64,000 bases of DNA from Rhizophagus irregularis. Lineage: Eukaryota. Where the stretch lies: positions 1,178,001 through 1,242,000 of the forward strand of contig NC_089430.1 in assembly GCF_026210795.1 (NCBI RefSeq), read 5' to 3'. The notes under the pieces were generated by a model. That model made no database searches and was not told the DNA's origin. It saw only the letters and a program-made list of their open reading frames with translations. Positions 40,071 through 50,110 of this stretch are shown here, piece after piece. Numbering within the stretch: position 1 is the stretch's first letter; each line of letters starts with the position of its first letter. Made by a program: the position numbers and the translations under genes.

Positions 40071-43000
40071 TCAGATGCGCGATAAGCTATCTACGTTAGA
40101 GTGTCTTTTTCTGGCGTGATGAATAGTATCAAAATCGTACGATTGTAGTTTCATGACCCAACGGGCCAATCTTCCGTTTGGAGTCGTCATATTAAATAGA
40201 TGACAAAGCGCAGAGTGGTCAGTAATAAGCGAAAAGTGGCTTCCGTGCAGATAATAATGAAATTTTCCAATGGCCCAAACAGCGGCCAAACATTCCAGTT
40301 CAGTAGCAGTGTAGTTCTTTTCAGCGGGTAGTAAGGAGCGACTAGCATACGCAACAACCCGTTCGTTACCGTCTTCATCCTTTTGCGATAACACAGCTCC
40401 CAAGGCAAACGTAGACGCGTCGGTAAACAGAATAAAAGGTCGGTTCCATTGAGGATACGTAAGAATGGGAGAAGAAATGAGACAGTTCTTCAAATATTCA
40501 AACGCCTGTTGTTGCGCATTGGTCCAATTAAACGGGACGTTCTTTTTCAATAGTTTATTTAGCGGATTGGCGATTTTTGAAAAATCTTTAATAAATCGTC
40601 GGTAGTACGAGGCTAATCCTAAAAATCCGCGTAATTGCGTCAAGTTCGTTGGTCGCGGGAAGTCCTTGACTTTACTAATTTTTCCAGGATCAGTACGGAT
40701 TCCATCCTTGCTGATAACATGTCCAAGGAAAGCTAATTCGGTAGAAGCAAACTTGCACTTTTCGGGATTTAATTTAAGCCCTGCATCCCTCAACCGGTCG
40801 AATATTTTTCGTAAATGCTGGAGGTGTTCGTCAAACGTTCGGGAATAGATATTCAAATCGTCCAAATATACAACGACGAATTTCCATAGTTCATCAGCGA
40901 AGCACCTCATCCATCAGACGTTGGAAAGTAGCGGGTGCGTTACATAGCCCAAACGGCATTACAGTAAATTGGAAAGTGCCGAACTGGGTAATGAAGGCGG
41001 TCTTTTCCCTATCCTTAGGGTTCATTTCTACCTGCCAATAACCGCTGGCCAGGTCCAACGAGGTAAACCAGGCGGATCCTCCAAGCGAATCCAACATGTC
41101 ATCGATGCGTGGTAAAGGATATTCGTCCCGTTTGGTCACTTTGTTTAACGGACGATAGTCAACACAAAATCGAAGCTTTCCATTCTTCTTACGAACCAAA
41201 ACTACCAGAAAAGCCCAGGGTCCTCGCGACTTTTCAATCAAATTTTGTTGCAACATTCGGTCAATTTCACCAGCGATAAATCTCTTTCCATTCTTGAGGT
41301 TCGATACCATCGTTTTTTAATGGGAGTAGCGTTTCCGACGTCAATCGTATGTTGCACAAGATCAGTCCGACCTAACTGAGTTGCATCCCACGCAAACAAA
41401 TGTTGGTACTGTTGCAGAAGGTCTACAAGGTTCGTTTTCTGTTCCTTCGTCAAATCTCCCATTGGTAACTCAAATAATTTGGCGTCCCATTCTTGAGTGA
41501 GTTCGGCATGTCCGAAGTGTAAAGGGACCTCGTTCTGGCGTTTCCATTCGTCAGGATCTTTCTTTTTGCAATAGAAACAGAGTTGTCGATCATGTTCATT
41601 AGCGACGTCAACTACTTCTTCTAACTGTACTTCGCTCGGCATTGCATCTTGTACTAAATTGTCAGGATCCAGATTTCGGTTCTCGAAATCGGAACTGATT
41701 TCTGCGACGATTCTTGGCGATAACCGTTGTACAGTAATGTAGTTAGTTAATTCTTCATAACATCGGGAGCAGGAATCGCTTGGTGAAACTAATCGGTCAC
41801 CACACCAACATCGGGCGGTAGGCCCTTTCCAGTCATATGTCCAGGTCGCTCGTTTGGGTGGCTTTCTTTGAAACTGTTCATTTAGTCGAGCGAAATAGGT
41901 CCATAGATAGAAAGACTTGTCTAAATAGACTCCTCCTTTGGTTAATACAAAATTTTCCTTGGGGTAAATTCCGTTGATTACAACTTCTTGAAATCGGCAG
42001 GTCAATTGGAGCGAAAAATTCTGTTCGATGCGCGGGGAAGGCCTTTGTTTTACTTTAAAATGACAGAATACTTTTTCGTCAAGGTCTTCTTCCTCGTATT
42101 CTTCCTCTGTCTCCTCTTCTTCTTCGCTCATATCTTCCTCCTCTTCTTCTCCTTTTCGATTTGTCTCCTCTTGTTTCCTCCGTCTTTCCATTGGTATTTC
42201 TAAATATTCGATCGGAACTTCAATGTCTTTTCCTTCCCAGTGGATGAGCATGTTGGCAGTTTCATAATCAATATTAGCTTTTACTTTCGATAACCAATCG
42301 TTTCCAACAATCGCACTATAGGTCATAGCGTCGGTGACCACCACATCAACTGGGATGGTCACTCCTTTAATAGTAATGGGAAAGTTAAGTACTTCTCCTA
42401 AAGGCCGTTTTCGTTCTCCGTTAACGTTAATCATCAAAGTGGTCGAAGGCCGATCGATAGCTATTCCAAGGTCATTTAATAGTCGGCATGAAACAATGCT
42501 TCCAGCTGCCCCGCTATCGAGAATCAAAGGGATCTCTTGTCCTTTTACTTTAGCGTCACAATATAAGGCCGTCGCATTCGGATTATCTTGATCGGAAAAT
42601 TGGGCAGCTAACTTAGTTGTTCGGGTACCCGGTTTTCGTATACTCTTTCCGACGTCACTTCGTAATTTAGGCGAAATCTGGAACAACTGTCTGAACGAAA
42701 TATTCGCTCGTTGCTGTTGCAAATCGGCAACAATATTATACGGTTGAATGTGGGCTGCAATAGATGGTTGAGGTTTTTGTAGTGGCCTCTTTCGGGCTAC
42801 CATTTTTTTCTTCAGTCGGATTGGAGTAGGTTGAACTGTGGAGATGGTAGGTTGGACTATTCTTTGTACATTCCCTTGCACAGATTCGGTACTCCCTGTT
42901 GGTCGAATTTCTTCCATTCTTACGGTCGGTTCAACAGCAACATCAGTCGTAATAGGGGGATCTTCTTTCTCTTCTTTGGTCTTTGCATAAGGATGACTCC

Positions 43001-43112
43001 TCGTGACCGGTCGATTTCTTTCAGCAGGATACGCTTCGAACAACGTACAAAATGAGGGGTTTTGTTCCGGTTTCGCACCCTTACCCTCAAAGGATGCACC
43101 TTCTAGTTTAAA
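40071..43112 (-). CDS. pol: pol (protease-spacer-RT-RNase H), reached by -1 frameshift; two internal 1-nt indels (about 41279 and 40896)
   Basis: Protease ILDSGA. RT motifs RFCVDYR, LDLASGYWQ, MPFGL, YLDD. RNase H motifs FTDAS, TELE, ITDH, NVDSLSR, followed by TGA TAG. Confidence 0.93.
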
Positions 43113-44860
43113 GACTGACTGGTAGCTCCGAGCTGATTTTGCGCTGCTAACTGTTGTATTAAAGTCTGAAGTGTATTTGGATCTATGGCCGCTTTATCGT
43201 TAATGGTATTTGTTCCTCTATTCGGACATCGTCGACTGATATGTCCGGGCTGTCCGCAAGCATAGCAAGTAACCGAAGGGTTGCCAGGAATTACATTTCG
43301 GTTATTTACATTATCTCGAGGATTAGGATCGTTATTTCGTGGAGGTCGATATCGATTGGGTTGTGTTTCGACCTTCCTGGTCAATTCACCAACTTGCGTA
43401 ACGAGGGTGGAGACAATCTTTGCTAACTCGGTCGTTTCTGATTGGACGGTAGTTGCATAATTACTCGGCTTCTTCTTTCCTTCCCTCAAAGTGAGTTCAC
43501 ATGCACGAGCTCTATCGATAGCTGCCTGTAATGTCTGATCAGCAAAAGGCTTAACGGCTACATATAGTTCGGGTAGCAATCCGGAGATAAATTTCCGCGC
43601 TTGAATATTGTCCGGGTAAGCAAACGCTCCATCATTAATTCGTTGGTATAGTTCCTGTACTGAGGACGCATATTGATCCACAGATTCTCCGGGTTGCTGC
43701 TGTCGTTGATCGAGTTCTGTTGACCATAATTCGACTAAAGCGGGCGTTCGAAACCTTTGTTTAAAAACATGTTCGAACGTATTATTATTGGCAGCACCGT
43801 CCCAGGCGTTGATAGGATTCCCAACTACCGTCTGATACCATACGGCGGCAGCTCCTTTTAAATACGCTGGAACGACTTGGAGTTTACGAACGTTATTCCA
43901 TCCATTGGCCGCGCAAGCTAAATTAAATTCGTTTAACCAGGCGATTGGGTCTTGATTTCCTCCGTAGAAGGTCGGAACTTGTGCAGCTTGTGTTCCTCGG
44001 TTATGCATCGCATTATTATTGGCGGTAAGAGTAGCGTTTAATGCGTTTACGGCATTATTAACATTCGCCCAATTGTTTCCTCCAGCGCCAAGAGCGTTCG
44101 TTAAATTATTTAGGGCGTTCAACAAGATATTAGGATTGAATCCTCCACCAAGGGCGGCCATTCCGGGTACTTCTGGTTCTTCGAATAGCTGGTTGAGATG
44201 TAAGTCTTCGTCAGCGAATAATAGCCCAACTGGTTCCGGCTCAGGGAATAATCGGTTTAAGTTTAAATCTTCGTCAAGAAATAATAATCCTACTGGTTCT
44301 TCCCTGAAAAGACTTTCGATGTGTAAGTATTCGTCAGTAAATAATAGTCCTGGGGTCGCCGGTCCCTGGTTTAATAATCCGTGAAGTAAGGGATGAAAAT
44401 TGTTGGGGATATCAAAACTTCCGGTGGAACTATCGGAGTCGGTTGATGCGTTTGCTTCGCTAATTTGGTATAATTCTTCAAAGGGATCCTTTCGAAAAGT
44501 ATCGGTAAGGATATACGCGTTATATAACTCTTGTCGTAATTGAGTGTAGGGTCGAGGCTCAATAGAATACCGGATACTAAAAACAATCGAGTAAATGGCT
44601 TCCCAAGTTTCTACAACAGTTAGGGAGGCGTCAAGGTTTATCAGAGCCTGTTGGGTATTTCGTGTGTATTCGATAGCTGGATTCTCAACGGAATACCAGT
44701 TCCAGAAATGGTCAAATTGTAATGTATTGGGTAGAGGCGGATGGCAACGGATACACGATGGGTCGCGATGATAAAAGGTAACTTGATCTATTCGGTTATA
44801 AAGGCGATGCCAACGGTTATGTATTCGGTTCTGCGTAAATAATATCTCGTAATCGACCAT
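43103..44860 (-). CDS. gag: Gag (585 aa) with an atypical 233-aa N-terminal extension
   Basis: Capsid-like motifs (PTFYG..DPIAWL, YLKGAAAVWY, QQPGESVDQY, FISGL) and a CCHC knuckle CYACGQPGHISRRC. Confidence 0.92.
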   Translation of the reverse strand: MVDYEILFTQNRIHNRWHRLYNRIDQVTFYHRDPSCIRCHPPLPNTLQFDHFWNWYSVENPAIEYTRNTQQALINLDASLTVVETWEAIYSIVFSIRYSIEPRPYTQLRQELYNAYILTDTFRKDPFEELYQISEANASTDSDSSTGSFDIPNNFHPLLHGLLNQGPATPGLLFTDEYLHIESLFREEPVGLLFLDEDLNLNRLFPEPEPVGLLFADEDLHLNQLFEEPEVPGMAALGGGFNPNILLNALNNLTNALGAGGNNWANVNNAVNALNATLTANNNAMHNRGTQAAQVPTFYGGNQDPIAWLNEFNLACAANGWNNVRKLQVVPAYLKGAAAVWYQTVVGNPINAWDGAANNNTFEHVFKQRFRTPALVELWSTELDQRQQQPGESVDQYASSVQELYQRINDGAFAYPDNIQARKFISGLLPELYVAVKPFADQTLQAAIDRARACELTLREGKKKPSNYATTVQSETTELAKIVSTLVTQVGELTRKVETQPNRYRPPRNNDPNPRDNVNNRNVIPGNPSVTCYACGQPGHISRRCPNRGTNTINDKAAIDPNTLQTLIQQLAAQNQLGATSQSLN

Positions 44861-44876
44861 ACAAAATAGTAAGGGC

Positions 44877-44897
44877 CGATCCTTATAAGGAGCACCA
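44877..44897 (-). other. Primer binding site
   Basis: TGGTGCTCCTTATAAGGATCG begins 3 nt after the 5' LTR. Its complement CGATC-CTTAT-AAGGAGC-A-CCA has the geometry of a tRNA 3' end. Confidence 0.85.
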
Positions 44898-44900
44898 AGT

Positions 44901-45613
44901 TGTTACCACCGATTTGTGTAGTTCGGGAGGGCAGTAACAGAAATATATACGGGTTAATTTATAGAATTTGACTAACAATAGGCAGTAATCGGCAATAAAT
45001 CGTGAGGAAATGGGTAGGGTTTATCAACAATTAGCAATAGATTTATAAACAATGTATATTTATTGAATGTATAACAATCGGAAATAAAATTGACAATAAA
45101 AACAATAACGAAATGTATAAAATTGGAGTGATCGGCGGGTTCTTTATTAACAATTACAAAAGAATTTCCTAATATTACTGCCTCTGCCGGCGCTCTGTAA
45201 TATTCCCAAGGTTCTATCTAAGTGTTAATAATCGAAAAATCACTTCCCCGAAACCTCAGCGGAATTTCTTCCCTTAAATATTATTCAAAATTTGGGACGA
45301 TTAGTGCTTTGGCCAACTCGCCCGTTATTCAAATCGTCCAAAGTACAACTCGTTTTCCGGTCAAATTGTCCATTGTACGAATCGCCCATCACAGCCATAA
45401 TTGATTCCCACCAAGCCATACGCCACATTTCCTATAAACTATATATATAAATTGTATAAATAAACTATATAAATAAAATAAACTATACTATATAAATAAA
45501 CTATATCAAATAAAAATAAAATAAACTAAATATAAATAAATAAATAAATAAATAAAATATACTATAAAAAAATAAATCATATAAGAATAACTATATAAAA
45601 AATTCCCGTGACA
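44901..45613 (-). repeat. 5' LTR (713 bp)
   Basis: Direct repeat of 37293-38005. Confidence 0.97.
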
Positions 45614-47304
45614 TTAATAAAAAATATTATATACGATAATTAATATTGAATTTACATTGTACTTACTGCATATTTAATTAATTTTGAAATAATATAGTCT
45701 TCATCCATTTCAATCTTTGGATGTTCAGGATCCAGCATATTTTGAACACATGCCTTAATTACAAAAGTGTTATTTTTAGTTGCACTTTTACCAAACACTT
45801 TTGTAACAATTTGATAAAGTAGCGACTCATTATCTTCATCGGAGGTTTCAAGATTTTTGTACCACTACCGGACTTTATCACTTGATTTCCATATAGCAAG
45901 TTCTGTTTGGCTAGTAGATGTATCCACTTTATCTAATTGACCTTTTAAACATGACCATGTATGTCGACGTATTGTTCCGAATAAACTTCCACGATATGAA
46001 CAGCAATATGAACCAACCTAAACAATTATTCATATAATTGCACAATTATTAGCATAATATGAATAAATAAAAAAAAAATTACTAATAAACCATTTAAATT
46101 TACCTTTTCCTCAATTCTCCGCCACAAGATGTTCCATTTAGTTGGTTGTTCATATTTTTGCATTTTCTCAGGAGCCATTACCGTTAAATGTCTTTTTATA
46201 TGTAATGAAAGGGATTCTTCCTTCTGATATAAGCAATCATTTATTATTTCCTTAACTCCATCTTCCACATATTGCTATATAAATAAAAATTAAAAATAGA
46301 TATAAAAAGTATTTTACAAATATGCATACCTCCCACCACTCAGACTTTTTCTTTCCTTCTATATTACTTTCCAATTTTTCAGTTATAGATCTAATTTGTT
46401 TGATTTGTGTTTGAATTTGGCTCATAGACTTTTCTTGTTTCTGAAACATAATCATGGTTTGATCAAACATCTTTTCATGAAGGTCAAAAAGTCTCTTTAT
46501 TTGATCTTCAATAACTATATTGAATATTTAAATTATTAAAAAAATTAGTATATATTAATTATTAATTATATTAGTTTTGAAACATACCATTAATATTTTG
46601 ATTGGTAACACCAGTATGAATTTGATTTTGGTCAATGTCAACCAATGGTAAATAGGGAGCATTTACGTTTCTATCTTCAACTGTAATTGGTAATTGTGGT
46701 TCAGATGAATCTTTCAATAGATTATCATCTGTAATACTAATTATATCATCGGTCAATGATGATATATCAAGCACAAATTTTGGAGTGGGAGAATTATCAT
46801 TAGTATTAAGCATAGTTTTCAAATTAGATGGCTTAGATGTATCATCGCTAGTCAATGTGTTATTGATTGTAAATTTTGAAACTAGTGGCTTGTTAACTTT
46901 CTGTGTATGAGTTTTCCGTTTTTTCTTTTCATTGTTTAATGCAGAGTTCGTATTTGTTTCAAATTTATCAATAATCTAAATAAAAAAAAATACATGTACT
47001 GTAAAATATACAAATGACAAATATTATTCAATAGTATTTACAGTTTCAATGTCTTGTTGATCTTTCACTTTACGCTTTGAATTTGATCTAAGATTCCTTA
47101 TGGTTTAAAAAAATTAACAAAGGAATAATAAAATAAATAATGAAAGATAAAGTAAATAACAGGGAATATGAAAATTAAAAAGAAAACGAGAAAGTAAAGG
47201 CAAAAGTAAAAGTAAAAGGATAAAAAGTTTATTCCTATTTATACTATTTTAGAAAGTTTAAGTTTATTTATACTATTACTAAATAAAAAAATAATGAAAA
47301 GATT

Positions 47305-47480
47305 GGGAGATATGGAAAGGAGATATGGAAAGGAGACGAAAATAATGAAAAAAAAAGAGATATAAAAAGGAGATATGGAAAGGAGAGAAAGGAGACGAAA
47401 ATAATGAAAAAAAATAGAGAAGATATGGAAAGGAGACGAAAAAATGAAAAAAAATAGATATAAAAAGGAGACGAAAAAGT
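47305..47480. repeat. Purine-rich short tandem repeats (GGAGATATGGAAA / GGAGACGAAAA)
   Basis: Directly visible, inside the CATC element. Confidence 0.7.
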
Positions 47481-49440
47481 AAAAAAGTTTATTTTTACTA
47501 AAATAAACTATTTATACAGTATAAAATGATATGATATCATTATAGAAAATATACTGACCTCGCTATAAAATTTGTTACCCTTTTTAGTTTAAGTTATCTA
47601 TGGGCTGATTCATTACTATAAATGGCCATTAATAATGATTTTATAGTATAAGTGCGTTAAATGTTTTTTCTTGATCATTTAACATGATTTTATTACTTTT
47701 ATAAAATTAATAGTACACTATTTATATTATCAAATTTAATTAAAGGTTCTTTTAATTTTCAATAATGTGGACATGTAATATTTGCTTTAAAACATTTGAT
47801 CACTCAACAAGTTATTATAATCATTGACAAGTCACAAATTCAATTATGAAACAAATTTGAAAATCAAAAGATATATGAATATTTTTTAAACCTATAAAAA
47901 TTTATACAAAAATTTTATATGAAATATGTATTAAATTTTTATATTTATATAATTAGTATATGAAATACTTGCATAATATTTATTTGACTATAATTTACAT
48001 GTAAAGTTATATTTATATAATTCTATATCTATATAATTTTACTTTTAATAATTGCGTAATGTGTACTTGACCATAAATTATATATAAATTTATATTTAAA
48101 TAGATTTATATTTATATAAATTTTAAATAAAATATTTATAAAATTTTTATAGCTAAATAAAAACCAAATAAAAAATATATACGTATTATAGACTTATAAA
48201 AATTTATATAAAAAATTTATATTGGGTATATATAGGGTTATAGACATTACATAAACTCTATAAAAAATATAACTGCTGATGTATAAAGGTCAATAATTAA
48301 TATGAACTTAATTTATTTGCGTATTTTTGTAGGATTTTCAATATCAGGTGTCAATTATGCGTACTACTCATATGAAAAGTCCCTGCGTACAGCTCATAGT
48401 AAAAAAATTTTTCGCCACCTGACCCTTATATATATATTTCTGGATCCTAGTGTAATACATTATTTGATTTTCAATTATCAATTATTATACTCAGAGGACG
48501 TAGATTTGTGATTTATTACGACAAATTGATGGTATCCCAAATTTAAACAATCATGATTGAAAAACTAAGTTTTATTAATATTTAATACCATTAGAGCGTT
48601 ATGGACAATTATAACAAGAATACAGCATTAAAAAAATTATTAATATATTTTATTAAACTCAAACGATTGCTATATTGATAAACAGAATGCGTCATTAAAT
48701 CTCTCTCTATATGCATATTTATTTTATTTTTTATTATATATATATGTTTTTTAAGAGAAAGTATATAAAATTATTACACTAAATAAATTTTCATTCATTT
48801 CATAAGTAGGCGTGAATATTCACAAATTAATGATCTTCTGAGATTAATTTATAAGTTGTGCGGTTAATTATGATTTATAAATTTTTTGACCCAGAAATTA
48901 CGAAATTAATCCCCTGTCGCACTCATGATCACCTTCATACTAATTTTTAAAAATTGCGAGTGATTAGCTGAGTTTATAAATGACTGGGAATCATCGTTTA
49001 GATATTTCCCGGCCTCATATAGATAGCCGGGAAATTACTAATTTTAGTTTAAAATAGTTAAGTTTAAAATAGTTAATATTTAATGAGTGACACGCTCCAG
49101 GGAATTACCCATGAAATAAATAATACAAATAAATAAATATATATATTTTCAAGAACTATTTGCATCAACCATTCTTTACGTAGGAAAATACAAATAATAT
49201 TAAGTATAATAAACAAGATCAATATATAATCAGCAGTTTTCAAACAATTTACGAGATAATAAAGAAATGTGATCAATTAATATCATCATCAAAGTAACAT
49301 ATTTCTCCGAAATTAAGCACCTCTTTTTGCATATAATTCCGGCCAGAATAAACATAATTTAGGTCAAAATCATAATTCTGGTCAGGGCGCTTTATTTTCC
49401 GGTAGTGCTTAATTTCGGAGGAATACAGTATAGTGGTATG

Positions 49441-49942
49441 CTTATTTCCATAAATAGGGTTCTATCGCCTACTTTATACTGATTCTTCCCATAAAAGCTT
49501 ATAATCCTTAACCACAATGAGCTACAAAAAGAATAGCATAATTTATGTGAAATTGTTACATGGTTCATTCTTGCTATAAATAAATTTCTCAACTAACACA
49601 TATTCAAAGCACGACAGGGAATCATTTTTGCTATAAAAAAATTTGGAATTAAAGTTTGAAATTAATTACTTTTCGGAGCGGTGATCAGACTAGATATAAA
49701 AATATAATAAGTATTTGAAATAATAAAATTTAGTATTCGTTCACAAATTAGATATTATTATTTTTTACTTGTTTGTCTATATTTACACATGAAAAATTTG
49801 GATATACCTTTTTTCGTATCACAAATTTCATGCAAGATTTGACTCATTCAATTTTCCTATTTCGGTCGATCAAGCATAGATAGATGATTCCATACTTGCG
49901 CCAAAAAAAGCCTATCTTATTCTGGTTGATAATGATGATCAT
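49441..49942 (+). repeat. Diverged copy of the region upstream of the 31744 kinase (about 30901-31642)
   Basis: Shared colinear blocks such as GCTACAAAAAGAATAGCATAATTTATGTGAAATTGTTACATGGTTCATTCTTGCTATAAATAA and GATTCCATACTTGC. Confidence 0.85.
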
Positions 49943-49981
49943 CTAAATCTTAGAATAATCATTCTTGCCATAATAACTTAT

Positions 49982-50110
49982 CTAGGGGATTGGAATCGAT
50001 TTCCATAATTAGAATCAATTTTAGAATCGATTAATCGCGATTAATCGTTTCTCAAATTTTGATTCTAAAATTCGATTTTCGATTTCGATTAATCGTTTCT
50101 AATCGATCGT
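49982..50110. mobile_element. Single end of a hAT-like element related to the 7208 MITE
   Basis: TAGGGGATTGGAATCGAT followed by AATCGATTAA repeats. The other end was not found. Confidence 0.55.

Larger units (their letters stand above)
37293..45613 (-). mobile_element. Full-length Ty3/Gypsy LTR retrotransposon (8321 bp)
   Basis: 713-bp LTRs with TG..CA ends, 4-bp TSD TTAA, PBS, PPT, and gag-PR-RT-RH-IN order. Confidence 0.97.
37218..47096 (-). pseudogene. Multi-exon gene of unknown function interrupted by the LTR element (exons about 47096-47042, 46975-46588, 46514-46330, 46274-46104, 46017-45667, 37271-37218)
   Basis: All junctions are GT-AG with consistent phases. It has a coiled-coil-like segment and a helical C-terminus ([38 protein letters not shown]). 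There is one in-frame TAG at 45865-45867. The start exon was not identified. Confidence 0.78.
36930..48281. mobile_element. Middle TIR element with CATC termini flanked by TA, carrying a multi-exon gene
   Basis: TA|CATCGGGAGTTGTATTCTATGTAGATTTATGT vs the reverse complement of the right end TA|CATCAGCAGTTATATTTTTTATAGAGTTTATGT. Superfamily uncertain. Confidence 0.62.
36557..48448. mobile_element. Outer TIR element (about 540 bp once nested inserts are removed), family of the 20621 MITE
   Basis: TIRs AGGGCCCAGAAATATATATA / AGGATCCAGAAATATATATA, TSD AGTGTGAT vs AGTGTAAT (7/8). The right subterminal TGCGTACAGCTCATAGTAAAAAA is shared with 20789-20812. Confidence 0.8.

Noticed and set aside
39982..40100. 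An intron fusing RNase H to integrase in frame
   Set aside because: The nearest pre-stop donor candidate (AAC|GTAGAT) joined to CAG|CCATG is out of frame, and the GTAAAA donor lies after the stop codons.
39030..44586. Short alternative-frame or antisense ORFs within the retroelement
   Set aside because: They are shadow ORFs expected in GC-richer coding DNA.
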